64,000 bases of DNA from Candidatus Korobacter versatilis (GCA_016185395.1 JACPNR010000009.1:295843-359842); one strand, 5' to 3'; shown: positions 28,649-39,360, counted from the first letter of the stretch. The notes: a model not told the origin generated them from the letters alone. Numbers and translations are program-made.

Positions 28649-31600
28649 GCCTGGCCTCCCGCCGCCGCTTTGCCCGCCGACAACGGCAAGCGCACGATGA
28701 ACGTCGCTCCTGGGCGCTCGCCATTGTTCTGGCATGTGATCTCGCCGCCGTGCTCGTGCACGATGCCGTAGCAAATACTCAAGCCGAGCCCCGTCCCCTT
28801 GCCCACTTCCTTCGTGGTGAAGAATGGGTCGAAGATGCGGTCGGGTTGTGCGATGCCGCTGCCGTTGTCACTGAAGGCGATGTCGGCCATGCCGTTGCTC
28901 GCGCTGGTGGATATCTCGATCGCGCCGCGCCGGCCGGTCTCGCGCACCGCGTCGTACGCATTATTGATGATGTTGAGAAATACCTGTTGCAACTGGTGCG
29001 CGTCACCCACGATGGCGGGCAGGTCAGGCTGGCAGCGTTCGACCACGTCGATGCCGTGGCTCGACAAATCGTAAGCGCGCAATTGCAATGTGCGCCGCAG
29101 GATGGCATTGATGTCGATGGCCTTGCGTTCCGCCGGCATCTGCCGCGCGAAGCTCAGCAGGTTCTGCACGATCTGCCGCGTGCGCTGCGACTCCTGCACG
29201 ATCACCGCAAGGTCTTTTTTCGCGGACTCGGGAATGTCTTCCTGCTGCACCAGCAAGTCCGCGAACCCAAGGATCGCGGTCAGCGGATTGTTGACTTCGT
29301 GCGCCACGCCCGACACAAGCTGTCCCACCGCCGCCATCTTTTCCGCGTGCATCAGCTTGGCATTCAGCAGCGCGGCATCCGTGATGTCCGTCATCACCAC
29401 GACGATGCTCGACACGTTTCCCTGCTCGTCGCGCATCGGGCTCAGGTTCATCGAAAAGTGGCCCACCTTCTCGGACCCGCGTCGAATGGGCAGTTCCAGG
29501 TTGTCGACCTGTTGGCCGGACATCACGCTCTCGAGCGCGTCGGTCAGGTTGTTGCGGCGCGACGGCTCGACCAGGTCGAGCAGCCGGTTGCCGAGCAGCT
29601 CCGATTCCTTGAAACCGCCTGCTTCGAAGCAGCGCCGGTTCGCGTAGCTGATGAGCCCCGCCGTGTCCGACACCAGGATCATGCTCTGCGTGTTGTTCAG
29701 GATCTTGCTGTTGAAGTCGCGCTCGTGCAGCAGTTGCGATTGGAACGTCTTGAGCTCGGTGATGTCGAGGATCATGCCGCGATACTGCGTGACCTTGCCG
29801 CCAGCATCGCGGACCGCAAAAGAGTTTTGCAGCGTGTGCACCAGCGTGCCATCCTTGCGCCGCAACACTTCCTGGTAGTTGCGCACCATGCCGCGTTCCT
29901 CGATCAGTTGCCGGAAGCGTTGCCGGTCTTCCGGCTGCAGGTAAAGCCGCGTCGGGACATCGATCTCGAGCAACTCCTGCCGGCTGGAATATCCCAGCAT
30001 GCGGACGAGGGCGTCGTTCACTTCGATGAAGCGGCCTTCCGGCGACGAGAAGAAAATGCCTTCCTGCGTGTTGTCGAAGAGTTCGCGATAACGGCGCTCG
30101 ACCTCGCGCCGGTCAGTGATGTCCTTGAGCACGTGGATGGTCTGCGTACCTTCGTTGAGCGCGCCCCGCATGCGTGAGGTCGAAACCAGGTACGTGCGCT
30201 CGAGCACCGGATGGATGTACTCGTCCGCCGTCTCCATGCCGCTGCGGCAGAACGGGCACGGCAGCGCGTTCGCCTCCGCCGTGATCGAGACTAGCGCCCG
30301 CATGCCCACGCCGATCAACTCCGGCGGCCGCACGCCAATGAACTCCGCCAGCGAGCGGTTCACGCGCAGCACGCGGTTGCTCTCGTCGTGCACCACGATG
30401 AAATCGGAGATGGCGTCGAAGATCTCCGCCCACTGCTTGTTCGACTGTGCGATGCGCGTGAACAATCGCGAGTTCTCGAGCGCTACCGAGATGTGGCCGG
30501 AGATCGCGCGCAACAGCTCATAGTCGGCGGGCGAGAGTGGACGCCGCAGTTCAGCGAGACAAAGATAGCCCAGGAATTCTTCCGAAGCCGCTGCCAGGCG
30601 CACGATGCAAGCATCGTTCCAGCCGAGTGACGCCGCCAGGCCCGCCCCGAGCAGCTCCGCCGCGCTCCCCGCGGAAACAGGCGCGCGCTGCGCGTGCCCA
30701 AGCTCGACCAGCGCCTGGCTCAAGCGCCGCGGCAGGGCACGATCGGTGACCTCGCGCTCATCATGCAGAAGTACCGTCTCGAGCGAAGGGCCCTGCGCCA
30801 GGACGAGCGCGGCCGCGTGCGCATCCAGCATCTCCGCCGCCCGCAAAGTGAACTTCTTAACGAACTCCGGCAGATTGAGCGACGAACTCAACTCCAGCCC
30901 GAGCTTGACCAGGTTTTCCGCGCGATTGCGGTGCTGCTCCGTGGTCGAATACAGCTCGGCGTTCGCCAGGATCAATCCGGCGATGTTCGCGAGCGACCCG
31001 AGCAGCCGGAAATCGCGTCCCGACACTTTTCCATCCGGAGGAAAGCAGACGAGAAGCACCCCCTCGCGGCGCGCGGTGCGAATCCGCACAGCAACAGCGT
31101 CCCCGAAAGCGACTACGCCGCCGTGCAGCGCGGCGTCGAAGCGGATGGCCGCCGGCAACTCGCTCGCCGTCGTAGCGATGAGCTTCGCAGCAGCCGCATG
31201 CGCAAGCGTCTCGGCGTGCGCGATCGCCAGTGGCTCCGGCACCGCTCCAGCCGCAACGGCCTTGGTCTGCAAGCCATCCTTCTCGCAGGAGTAAAGGATG
31301 ACCGAAGCCGCTCCAAACAATGCACAGACGCGATGCACCAGCGTCGCCATGATCTTCCCGGCGTCCAGGCCAGACTGCAGCGCGTGCGTCAATTCCACGA
31401 GGTGGACAGCGCGCTCGCGTTCCTCGAGCGACGATTCGCGCAAGCGCGCGATCTCGGCCATCGTGCCGAGCTGCGCCGCGAGGATGGTCGCCTTCGCAGC
31501 CAGGTCGTCGGTGAAGAAATTGGGATCCGAATCGTGCAACAGGACGCCCACACCGATCACTTCTCCCGCCACTACCAGCGGCGCCGCCAGCATCGCGCGG

Positions 31601-32037
31601 GCCCCGAAACGCCCCGCCATGGGATAGCGGTCCGCGTCGAGCTCGTTGACGTAAACGGTGCGCCGGCTGGTGACCGCCTCATTCGCGACCGCGCTCTCGT
31701 CGAGCTGCAACGACGCCTGCAGGAACTCCGCCACCATCCGTCCTTCCGCATCGACGGCGTCCAGGCGTTCGTTCTCTTTCAGGTCCCAGTAGTAAACCCC
31801 GCTGACCTCGAACAGGTCTTTCGCCGACCGGCAAAAAAGACGGATGAGCGCGCTGAAGTCTGCGCCATCGGCGACCGCAGCGGAAAATTGCAGCAGCGTC
31901 TGCTGAAACACAGACGCCGACGTCGAAACAGGCTCTGCCGTCGATCTTCCTGAGACACTCATTGTTTGCGTTGAGACGGGTGTGCGGTTGCCTTCGGGGG
32001 AGAAGGTGACGTTATGCGGAATCTCAAAATGAGTCAA
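28645..32037 (-). CDS. Cytoplasmic multi-sensor histidine kinase (several GAF and PAS domains, HisKA, HATPase_c)
   Basis: H-box AHEVNNPLTAILG, N/G boxes NNAYDA, DNGSGI and GTGLGLSICYGIV. No hydrophobic TM segment seen. TTG start as in the track; an alternative ATG at 31962 is possible. Confidence 0.9.
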   Translation of the reverse strand: MTHFEIPHNVTFSPEGNRTPVSTQTMSVSGRSTAEPVSTSASVFQQTLLQFSAAVADGADFSALIRLFCRSAKDLFEVSGVYYWDLKENERLDAVDAEGRMVAEFLQASLQLDESAVANEAVTSRRTVYVNELDADRYPMAGRFGARAMLAAPLVVAGEVIGVGVLLHDSDPNFFTDDLAAKATILAAQLGTMAEIARLRESSLEERERAVHLVELTHALQSGLDAGKIMATLVHRVCALFGAASVILYSCEKDGLQTKAVAAGAVPEPLAIAHAETLAHAAAAKLIATTASELPAAIRFDAALHGGVVAFGDAVAVRIRTARREGVLLVCFPPDGKVSGRDFRLLGSLANIAGLILANAELYSTTEQHRNRAENLVKLGLELSSSLNLPEFVKKFTLRAAEMLDAHAAALVLAQGPSLETVLLHDEREVTDRALPRRLSQALVELGHAQRAPVSAGSAAELLGAGLAASLGWNDACIVRLAAASEEFLGYLCLAELRRPLSPADYELLRAISGHISVALENSRLFTRIAQSNKQWAEIFDAISDFIVVHDESNRVLRVNRSLAEFIGVRPPELIGVGMRALVSITAEANALPCPFCRSGMETADEYIHPVLERTYLVSTSRMRGALNEGTQTIHVLKDITDRREVERRYRELFDNTQEGIFFSSPEGRFIEVNDALVRMLGYSSRQELLEIDVPTRLYLQPEDRQRFRQLIEERGMVRNYQEVLRRKDGTLVHTLQNSFAVRDAGGKVTQYRGMILDITELKTFQSQLLHERDFNSKILNNTQSMILVSDTAGLISYANRRCFEAGGFKESELLGNRLLDLVEPSRRNNLTDALESVMSGQQVDNLELPIRRGSEKVGHFSMNLSPMRDEQGNVSSIVVVMTDITDAALLNAKLMHAEKMAAVGQLVSGVAHEVNNPLTAILGFADLLVQQEDIPESAKKDLAVIVQESQRTRQIVQNLLSFARQMPAERKAIDINAILRRTLQLRAYDLSSHGIDVVERCQPDLPAIVGDAHQLQQVFLNIINNAYDAVRETGRRGAIEISTSASNGMADIAFSDNGSGIAQPDRIFDPFFTTKEVGKGTGLGLSICYGIVHEHGGEITCQNNGERPGATFIVRLPLSAGKAAAGGQA

Positions 32038-32088
32038 GAAATAACGCCAGACGTTAATTAGTTGATAAACATTCCGAACATTCGTCAG

Positions 32089-32103
32089 GTCTCACTATGA
32101 GAC
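32089..32103. promoter_or_regulatory. Palindrome GTCTCA-CTA-TGAGAC, candidate UAS in the divergent control region
   Basis: Exact 6+6 inverted repeat. Its centre is about 148 bp upstream of the -24 GG at 32244-32245. Extra TGAGAC half-sites lie at 31951-31956, 31972-31977 and 32128-32133. Confidence 0.55.
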
Positions 32104-32242
32104 AGATGCGGCTAGGTAGGGGGCTGATGAGACTGGTTCTCGCTCCACCGGAGCCCAAAGTGGAGCCGCCATATCCAGTGTAACTTGTTGTAAATATTAG
32201 CATTGGACTTTTATTTCTGTTTCCGTCCGAATGCCTGCAGGG

Positions 32243-32258
32243 TGGCACCGGCATTGCA
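32243..32258 (+). promoter_or_regulatory. Sigma-54 (-24/-12) promoter, perfect consensus
   Basis: TGGCAC-CGGCA-TTGCA read directly. It lies about 40 nt upstream of the GAGGAGGAG Shine-Dalgarno and GTG 32297 of the first gene of chemosensory operon 2. Confidence 0.7.
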
Positions 32259-32296
32259 CATATGGGGGTCGGCATACTGCCGTTCGAGGAGGAGCT

Positions 32297-32632
32297 GTGT
32301 CTTTCAGTCGATTTAAAAGTTGGGTCGCGCGTGCTGCGCTGGTCGCAGTGATTGCCGCGAGCGTAACGCCGTCCGCGCTGGCGGACGACCGCAAGATCAA
32401 GTCAGAGGTCAAGCCGGCTTATCCGGAACTCGCGAAAAAAATGAACGTAAGCGGCGCGGTGAAGGTGGAGATCGTTATCACTCCCGCCGGCACGGTGAAG
32501 AGCGCGAAGGCGCTCGGCGGACATCCGCTGCTGATTGAACCCTCGGTCGAGGCCGCCAAGAAGTGCAAGTTCGAACCGGGCAGCGGTGAGACCACGCAAG
32601 TCATGACCTTCAATTTCAAAGCAGCCCAGTAA
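32297..32632 (+). CDS. Small exported TonB C-terminal-domain protein
   Basis: Signal-like [19 protein letters not shown], then [29 protein letters not shown]...FEP, typical of TonB_C. Start moved to GTG 32297, behind a strong SD; the track start is 32231. Confidence 0.75.
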   Translation: MSFSRFKSWVARAALVAVIAASVTPSALADDRKIKSEVKPAYPELAKKMNVSGAVKVEIVITPAGTVKSAKALGGHPLLIEPSVEAAKKCKFEPGSGETTQVMTFNFKAAQ

Positions 32633-32660
32633 TCGCCCGCAAGCGGCGGAGGCAACGGTA

Positions 32661-34655
32661 ATGAACATCGGCAAGAAACTCTTCTACGGATTTGGCGCCA
32701 TTCTCGGATTGCTGCTCCTGCTCTACGGCGTGAGCACCACCGCGCTGTGGCGCGCGGACAGCGCTCGCCGCGCGACCATGACCTCGCTCGACACCATGCG
32801 CGGCATGGAAGACGTCCGCTTGCAGATGATGACCAACCGCCAATACCTGGATAGCTACCTCCTCGCCGGCGTTCCCGGCGAACTGGAGAAGTTCCGCGCC
32901 GGATTGTCCGATCTCCAGAACAAGCTGCGCATCGCCGAGTCCAAGGCCACCGACGAACAGCGCGCCGCGCTCGGCACCGTGCGCAATTCAGAAGCAACCT
33001 GGTTCAGCAGCTACGCTGACCCGCTCATCCAAAAACGCCAGCAGGTGGATTCCGGCAACGCGACCGCCGCTGACCTGCAGATCGCTTTCATTCAGCTTCA
33101 GGAGAAGAACGAGCAACAGCTCACCGCCTCCACGACCGCCCTCGACCAGGTGGAAAAGGTCACGCAGAAGGCCGCGGAGGAGCAACGCGATTCCAGTGAC
33201 ACCACCGCCCGGTTCGCCTACTGGGCGTCGTTCATCTTCATGGTCATCGCCTGCGTGCTTGGCGGTTTCATCGCCATCCGCACCGCGAATTCCATCACCG
33301 AGCCGCTCGGGCGCCTCATCGTCGTTGCCGACCAGATCGGCAACTCCGGCGACCTAGAACACTCCATCGACATCAGCGGTTCCGACGAGATCGGCGAACT
33401 CGCCCGCACCTTCAACAACATGGTCGCGTACCTCAAGGAGATGGCCGCGGTCTCCGAAGCCATCGCCGGCGGCGACCTCTCTGTTCAGGTCGAGCCGCGC
33501 TCGCAGCGCGACACTCTCGCCAACGCCTTCTCGGCCATGACCACCGGCCTGCGCGCGCTCGTGAAGCGCGTGCGTGATAGCGCCGCGCAAGTCGCCAGCG
33601 GCTCCAACCAGGTCGCGGACGCCTCCGATGAATCCGCCAAGATCAGCGTGCACGCCTCCTCGGCCATCGACGAAGTCACCAGCACCATGCACGAGATGTC
33701 CATCAACGTGCAGAACATGGTGAAGAACACGCAGACGCAGGCCTCGAGCGTTTCCGAGACCTCCGCCTCCATCGACCAGATGGTCGCCTCCATCCAGCGC
33801 GTGGCCGATACCGCGAAAGTCCTGCTCGACATCTCGCAGCGTTCGCGCGAAGAGGTGCAGAGCGGCATCACCACCATGGAGAAAGCGACGGACGGACTCA
33901 CCCGCATCAACGGCTCCATCCGCTCGTCTGGCGAGATCATCGGCGCTCTCGGTCAACGCGCCGACGACATCGGCAAGATCATCGAGGTCATCGACGACCT
34001 CGCCGAGCAGACCAACTTGCTGGCGCTGAACGCCGCCATCGAAGCCGCCCGCGCCGGCGAGCACGGTCTCGGCTTCGCCGTCGTTGCGGACGAAGTCCGC
34101 AAGCTGGCGGAAAAATCAGCGTCGTCCACCAAGGAGATCAGCGAACTCATCCAGTCCATCCAGAAGGAGGCCCGCAAGGCGGTCGAGAACATGGAGAAGT
34201 CGACCACCATCGTGAACGAGGGCCTCACGCTCGGGTCCGACCTCTCCACCGCGCTGCGCAAGATCTCGAACGTCGTCACCGAGGTCTACAAGTTCGCGCA
34301 GGAGATCGGCGCCGCCACCAACGAGCAATCGCACGGTTCGGCGCAGATCGCCAAGGCCACCACGCGGCTCAACGAGATCACCCACGAGATCAATTCCTCC
34401 GTCGAGGAGCAGGCCTCGGGCGCGCAGGCCGTGGTCAAGGCCATGGAAAAGATGCGCGAACTGGTGCAGCAATCCACTTCCGGCTCCACCGAGTTGGCCG
34501 CTTCGGCGGAGCAGATGTCGAAGATGTCGCGCATGCTGCTCGAAGCCATGGACCGCTTCGTCATCGAGTCGAACGGCGACGCACGCCACGCGATGGCGCA
34601 GCGCCGCCACGGACACGAACCGGGCCGCATGGCGGCCGCGGCGGCGAGGAACTAG
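32661..34655 (+). CDS. Methyl-accepting chemotaxis protein (four-helix-bundle type sensor, HAMP, signalling domain)
   Basis: Two TM segments flank a periplasmic region of about 160 aa. Signalling hairpin [32 protein letters not shown]. Confidence 0.92.
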   Translation: MNIGKKLFYGFGAILGLLLLLYGVSTTALWRADSARRATMTSLDTMRGMEDVRLQMMTNRQYLDSYLLAGVPGELEKFRAGLSDLQNKLRIAESKATDEQRAALGTVRNSEATWFSSYADPLIQKRQQVDSGNATAADLQIAFIQLQEKNEQQLTASTTALDQVEKVTQKAAEEQRDSSDTTARFAYWASFIFMVIACVLGGFIAIRTANSITEPLGRLIVVADQIGNSGDLEHSIDISGSDEIGELARTFNNMVAYLKEMAAVSEAIAGGDLSVQVEPRSQRDTLANAFSAMTTGLRALVKRVRDSAAQVASGSNQVADASDESAKISVHASSAIDEVTSTMHEMSINVQNMVKNTQTQASSVSETSASIDQMVASIQRVADTAKVLLDISQRSREEVQSGITTMEKATDGLTRINGSIRSSGEIIGALGQRADDIGKIIEVIDDLAEQTNLLALNAAIEAARAGEHGLGFAVVADEVRKLAEKSASSTKEISELIQSIQKEARKAVENMEKSTTIVNEGLTLGSDLSTALRKISNVVTEVYKFAQEIGAATNEQSHGSAQIAKATTRLNEITHEINSSVEEQASGAQAVVKAMEKMRELVQQSTSGSTELAASAEQMSKMSRMLLEAMDRFVIESNGDARHAMAQRRHGHEPGRMAAAAARN

Positions 34656-34664
34656 GGCAGACGC

Positions 34665-35156
34665 ATGATCACCAAGGACCTGCACATCGTCGGGTTCCGC
34701 ATCGGGCGCGAGACGTTTGGCGTCCCCATCGAGCTGGTGCACGAGATCGTGCGCGTGCCCGAGATCACTGCCGTGCCCGATTCGCCCGAGTACATCGAGG
34801 GCGTCATCAACCTGCGCGGCAAGATCATCTCCGTCGTCGATCTGCGCAAGCGCTTTGGCGAGCGCGAGATCACCTGGACGAAGAAGAACCGCATCCTCGT
34901 CGCCGAGTTGGAAGATAAGAAGGTCGGGCTCATCGTCGACGCGGCTTCGGAAGTCATCAAGCTCCCCCGCACCGATGTCGACAATCCGCCCAACGTCTTC
35001 GAGGAAGGCGAGTTGAACTACGTGACCGGCGTGGGCAAGCTCAACGGCCGGCTCATCATCCTCATCGAGTTGGCGAAGATCCTGCAGCGCGGCGAATTGA
35101 AACGGCTGGGCGATCTGGCGGAAGCGGCGCAATCGGCCGCATCCGCGGGCTCGTAA
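34665..35156 (+). CDS. cheW: Chemotaxis coupling protein CheW
   Basis: HIVGFRIGRETFGVPIELVHEIVRVPEIT...INLRGKIISVVDLRKRFG. Confidence 0.92.
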   Translation: MITKDLHIVGFRIGRETFGVPIELVHEIVRVPEITAVPDSPEYIEGVINLRGKIISVVDLRKRFGEREITWTKKNRILVAELEDKKVGLIVDAASEVIKLPRTDVDNPPNVFEEGELNYVTGVGKLNGRLIILIELAKILQRGELKRLGDLAEAAQSAASAGS

Positions 35157-35196
35157 TAGCGGACCCGTATCAGGACGCGGCGGCACCTTTGTCGCG

Positions 35197-36126
35197 ATGC
35201 AGCACTGGCGAGAGGCGATGGCGACGACACCGAGTCTTCAGATCCAACTGACCGAACCCGAACTCAAGCTGCTGCAGACCCTGATCTATCAGGAATGCGG
35301 CATGTATTTCGACGAGCGCCGCGTCCACTTCCTGCAGGACCGCTTGCAGCGCCGCCTCAAGGCCACCGGCCTCGAGAGTTTCTATCGCTATTACCAGCTC
35401 CTCACCAGCCGCGAAGGCAAGAGCGAACTCTCCGCGCTGCTCGAGAACCTCACCGTCAACGAGACCAGCTTCTTCCGCAACAAGCCGCAGCTCGACCTCT
35501 TCCACAAGAACACGCTCGAAGAGATCCTGCAGCGCAAGACCGAGCGGCGCGATTGGAGCCTGCGGGTGTGGAGCGCCGGATGCTCGACCGGCCAGGAACC
35601 CTACACGCTCGCCATGCTCATCTGCGACGCGCTCGCCTACTACTACCTGCGCAACCCGCTTCCCTTCGAGATGCCGAGCCCAAAGCCGCTCATCCCGCCG
35701 CCGTGGAGAGTGGAGATCCTCGCTTCCGACATCAACTACTCCGTCCTCCGCGCGGCGCAAGAGGCCGTCTATCCCGAGAACCACATGGAGCCGGTGGATT
35801 ACACCTATCGCCTGCGCTACTTCGATAAGGGCGGCGACAAGTATTCCATCAAGAAAGCGGTCAAGGACCTCGTCCACTTCGACTTCCACAATCTGAAGAC
35901 GGAGTTCTTGCCGCAGCGCAACGACGTCATCTTCTGCCGCAATGTGATGATCTATTTCGACGAAGCCGAGCAGAAGCGCCTGGTCGACAAGTTCTATCGC
36001 TGCCTGAACCGCGAGGGCTATCTCTTCGTCGGGCACGCGGAGAGCCTCTTCGGCCTCACCGACAAGTTCAAAATGATCCACGTGAACAACGGCACCGCAT
36101 ACCAGCGCATCGAGGCTGCCCCGTGA
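35197..36126 (+). CDS. cheR: Chemotaxis protein methyltransferase
   Basis: TSFFRN segment and SAM-binding LRVWSAGCSTGQEPYTLAM. An alternative start at ATG 35218 is possible. Confidence 0.9.
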   Translation: MQHWREAMATTPSLQIQLTEPELKLLQTLIYQECGMYFDERRVHFLQDRLQRRLKATGLESFYRYYQLLTSREGKSELSALLENLTVNETSFFRNKPQLDLFHKNTLEEILQRKTERRDWSLRVWSAGCSTGQEPYTLAMLICDALAYYYLRNPLPFEMPSPKPLIPPPWRVEILASDINYSVLRAAQEAVYPENHMEPVDYTYRLRYFDKGGDKYSIKKAVKDLVHFDFHNLKTEFLPQRNDVIFCRNVMIYFDEAEQKRLVDKFYRCLNREGYLFVGHAESLFGLTDKFKMIHVNNGTAYQRIEAAP

Positions 36127-38192
36127 GTTTCTTCTCGGAAGACAAGGCGAGCGAGCTCAAAGAGATCTTCTTCGAAAGCGCGCAGGAACTCCTGCAGACG
36201 CTGAACGAGGAAGCGCTCGCCCTGGAGAAGAACCCCGCCGACGCCGAGACCGTGCGCAGCGTCCGCCGCACCGTGCACACGCTCAAGGGCGATTCCGCCG
36301 CTTGCGGTTATCGCGAGCTGAGCGAGCTCGCGCACGAACTAGAAGACGTGCTCACGCCCGAGCTCGCGCAGAGCGCCCAGAACGCGCGCATCCCGGAAGT
36401 AGTACTCGCCGCTGCGGACACCTTCCAGTCCATGCTCGCCGCGTATCGCAACAACCTGCAGCCGCCTTCGGGCGACGCCCTGCGCCAGCACGTCCGTAAG
36501 CTCACCAGCGCGCCCGCTGCTCCCGAACAGGCAAGGCTCGCTCCCACCTTCGCGTGGTCGGAATACGAGCAGGTCGTGATCGCGCACTCATTGGATAAGG
36601 GCAACAACATCTTCCACGTCGCGCTGCAGATCGACCGTGACTGCCCGATGCGCGCCGCTGCGATGCAGATGATCCGCAACGTCGTCGGCGATTTCGGCAC
36701 CGTGCTTGCCATCCATCCCGAGGACAACACGCCCGCTGAGCAGATCGACGTGGTCGAGATGGCCATCGCCAGCAAGCACGACGAGCAATGGATCGCGAAG
36801 AAGTCGCACATCCCTGCCGTCATCAAGGATGTCGTCGTAGTGCGCGCCGGGGGCGCGGCCGAGACGGCGCCGGCAAAGACGGTCCTCGAGATCGCCGACA
36901 CGCTCACTCAGCCCGTGCTCACCGCCGTCCCTGCGCCCGCCGAATCCAAAGACGAGCCCGCGGAAAAGACCGCCAGCAAGAGCGTGGTCTCCGAGAACAG
37001 CCTGCGCGTGGACGCCGACCGCATCGACGACGTCCTCAACCTCGTCGGCGAGCTCATCATCGGCAAGTCGATGCTCCTGCAAACGATGAGCGAGTTCGAC
37101 AAGCGCTTCGCCAAGGACCCGCTGCGCGGCAAGTTCGCCGACGCCATGGCATTCCAGGCGCGCGTCCTCACCGACCTGCAGAAATCGGTGATGAAGATCC
37201 GCATGGTGCCGGTCGAGCAGCTCTTCCGCCGCGTGCCGCGCGTCATCCGCGACGTCGCCAAGAGCGCCGGCAAGGAAGTCGCGCTCCAGATCAGCGGGCA
37301 GGACACCGACCTCGACAAGAGCATCCTCGATACGCTCGCCGAGCCGCTCACTCATCTCGTGCGCAACGCGGTCGACCACGGACTCGAAGCGCCGCAGGAG
37401 CGCGTCGCGCTCGGCAAGCCCGCGGCCGGGACCATTCGCCTCAACGCCTTCCACCAGGGCAATCAGGTCGTCATCGAAGTCGGCGACGACGGACGCGGCA
37501 TCGATCGCGCCAAGGTCGTCGCGAAAGCCATCGAGCGCGGCATCGTCACCGCGGATGAAGCCGGCCGCATGAGTGAAGGCGAGCAGTTCGCGCTTATCTT
37601 TAATCCCGGCCTCTCGACCGCGGCGCAGGTCACCGAAGTCTCCGGACGCGGCGTTGGCATGGACGTAGTCAAGACCGTGCTCGACCGGCTGAAAGGTTCC
37701 ATCATCATCCTCAGCAAGGTCGGCGAAGGCACCACGTTCCAGTTGAAGGTACCGCTCACGCTCGCCATCATCAAAGCGTTGCTGTTCCGCGTGGCCGACA
37801 AACTTTACGCCGTCCCGCTCGGTTCCGTCCTCGAGATCACGCGCGCCCGCGAGAGCGAGATCCATCGCGTGGACAACCACGAGGTGGTGCAGTTGCGCGA
37901 CCAGGTGCTCACGCTCGTCCGCGTCGCCAAGCTCAGCAAGCGCAAGGCGTCGCCCGGCAAACAGTTGTTCATCGTCATCATCGCCATCGGCGACCGCAAG
38001 TTCGGACTCGTGGTCGACCGCCTCATCGGCGAAGAAGAATTGGTCATCAAGGCGCTCGACGATCATCTCGTCGCCACCGAACTGGTGTCCGGCGCCTCCA
38101 TCCTCGGCGATGGAACCGTCGTCCTCATCCTGAACGTGCAGGCCGTCGTCGGACGCGTCGGCCGCGAGGGCGCGAAGGGAGCGCACGCATGA
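36123..38192 (+). CDS. cheA: Chemotaxis histidine kinase CheA (single Hpt)
   Basis: Hpt RRTVHTLKGDSAACG. HLVRNAVDHG, DDGRGID and GRGVGMD boxes. C-terminal CheW-like domain. Confidence 0.95.
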   Translation: MSFFSEDKASELKEIFFESAQELLQTLNEEALALEKNPADAETVRSVRRTVHTLKGDSAACGYRELSELAHELEDVLTPELAQSAQNARIPEVVLAAADTFQSMLAAYRNNLQPPSGDALRQHVRKLTSAPAAPEQARLAPTFAWSEYEQVVIAHSLDKGNNIFHVALQIDRDCPMRAAAMQMIRNVVGDFGTVLAIHPEDNTPAEQIDVVEMAIASKHDEQWIAKKSHIPAVIKDVVVVRAGGAAETAPAKTVLEIADTLTQPVLTAVPAPAESKDEPAEKTASKSVVSENSLRVDADRIDDVLNLVGELIIGKSMLLQTMSEFDKRFAKDPLRGKFADAMAFQARVLTDLQKSVMKIRMVPVEQLFRRVPRVIRDVAKSAGKEVALQISGQDTDLDKSILDTLAEPLTHLVRNAVDHGLEAPQERVALGKPAAGTIRLNAFHQGNQVVIEVGDDGRGIDRAKVVAKAIERGIVTADEAGRMSEGEQFALIFNPGLSTAAQVTEVSGRGVGMDVVKTVLDRLKGSIIILSKVGEGTTFQLKVPLTLAIIKALLFRVADKLYAVPLGSVLEITRARESEIHRVDNHEVVQLRDQVLTLVRVAKLSKRKASPGKQLFIVIIAIGDRKFGLVVDRLIGEEELVIKALDDHLVATELVSGASILGDGTVVLILNVQAVVGRVGREGAKGAHA

Positions 38193-39271
38193 GCGACCCG
38201 GTGCGCGTCCTGGTGGTCGACGATTCCGCGCTCATGCGGAAGCTCATCCCGCAGATCCTCGAGCGCGACAACAGCATCCAAGTCGTCGGCACGGCCATGG
38301 ACGGCAGCTTCGGCCTGAAGAAGATCGACGAGCTCAAGCCCCAGGTCGTCACCCTCGACCTCGAGATGCCGCGCATGGATGGCATCGAGACGCTGCGCGA
38401 GATCACCAAGCGCCATCGCATCCCGGTCATCGTCGTCAGCGCGCATACCACGCAAGGCGCGTCCGCCACCTTCAAAGCGCTCTCGCTCGGTGCCTTCGAT
38501 TTCGTCGCCAAGCCCAAGGACGCCGCCTCCGCCCGCATGGAGGACATTGCCACCGAGCTCATCACCAAGATCAAGGCGGCCGCGCAGACGAAAATGCCCA
38601 GCACGCCGCGCTTCGAGCTCTCGGCACTGCCTTCGCTCCGCCGGCCGAAGCAACACGGAAAGCCGCACGCTGCGCCCAGCCGCGTGGTCGCCATCGGCAT
38701 CTCCACCGGCGGCCCGAACGCGCTGCAGTACGTCCTCTCCCAATTGCCCGGAGACTTTCCCGGCTCCCTCATCGTCGTGCAGCACATGCCGGAAGGGTTC
38801 ACCGACCTGTTCGCCCGCCGCCTCGACGAATGTTGCGCCATCGAAGTGAAGGAAGCGCAGTCCGGCGACCTGCTCGTCGCGGGACGCGCCCTCATCTGTC
38901 CCGGCAACCGGCACATCAAAGTCCGCCGCATGCCCCTCGGCAACATCGTGGTGCTCTCCGACGAAGAGCGCGTCAACGGACATCGCCCGTCGGTGGACAT
39001 CCTCTACCGCTCGGTCGCGCAAGAGTTCGGCAAGGAAGCCATCGCCGTCATCATGACGGGCATGGGCGAAGACGGCGCCGACGCGCTCGGCGTGGTCAAG
39101 GCCGCCGGTGGTTTGACCATCGCACAGAGTGAGGATTCGTGCGTCGTCTACGGCATGCCGAAGGCCGCCATCGAGCGCGGACACGCCATCCGCGTGGTGC
39201 CGCTCGACATGATGGCCAACACGCTGCAGGCGCAGTGCGTCCCCGAACGGGCGCGCGCGGTGAAGGTCTGA
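38189..39271 (+). CDS. cheB: Chemotaxis methylesterase/response regulator CheB
   Basis: REC (VLVVDDS, VVTLDLEMPRMDG). ISTGGPN, VQHMP and GMGEDG motifs. Confidence 0.95.
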   Translation: MSDPVRVLVVDDSALMRKLIPQILERDNSIQVVGTAMDGSFGLKKIDELKPQVVTLDLEMPRMDGIETLREITKRHRIPVIVVSAHTTQGASATFKALSLGAFDFVAKPKDAASARMEDIATELITKIKAAAQTKMPSTPRFELSALPSLRRPKQHGKPHAAPSRVVAIGISTGGPNALQYVLSQLPGDFPGSLIVVQHMPEGFTDLFARRLDECCAIEVKEAQSGDLLVAGRALICPGNRHIKVRRMPLGNIVVLSDEERVNGHRPSVDILYRSVAQEFGKEAIAVIMTGMGEDGADALGVVKAAGGLTIAQSEDSCVVYGMPKAAIERGHAIRVVPLDMMANTLQAQCVPERARAVKV

Positions 39272-39360
39272 TGGTTAAGGTGGAAAAGCATCCGGGATAA
39301 GGTGGGGCGCGGCGAGCGCCCGGTGGCAAGATAAGCAGCACGTGGTTCAGGAGACTGGTC

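Noticed and set aside
28254-28724. N-terminal extension of the 633-aa track ORF
   Set aside because: It overlaps the stand-alone receiver gene. The NtrC-type receiver begins cleanly at ATG 28253.
36588-38186. 532-aa minus-strand ORF
   Set aside because: Antisense to cheA of operon 2; mirror-frame artefact.
39300-39330. Sigma-54 promoter or terminator between cheB and cheY of operon 2 (TGGCAAGATAAGCAGC, hairpin GGGCGC-ggcga-GCGCCC)
   Set aside because: The GC dinucleotide is not in the -12 register relative to GG. The hairpin has no T-run. It is most simply an intra-operon spacer.
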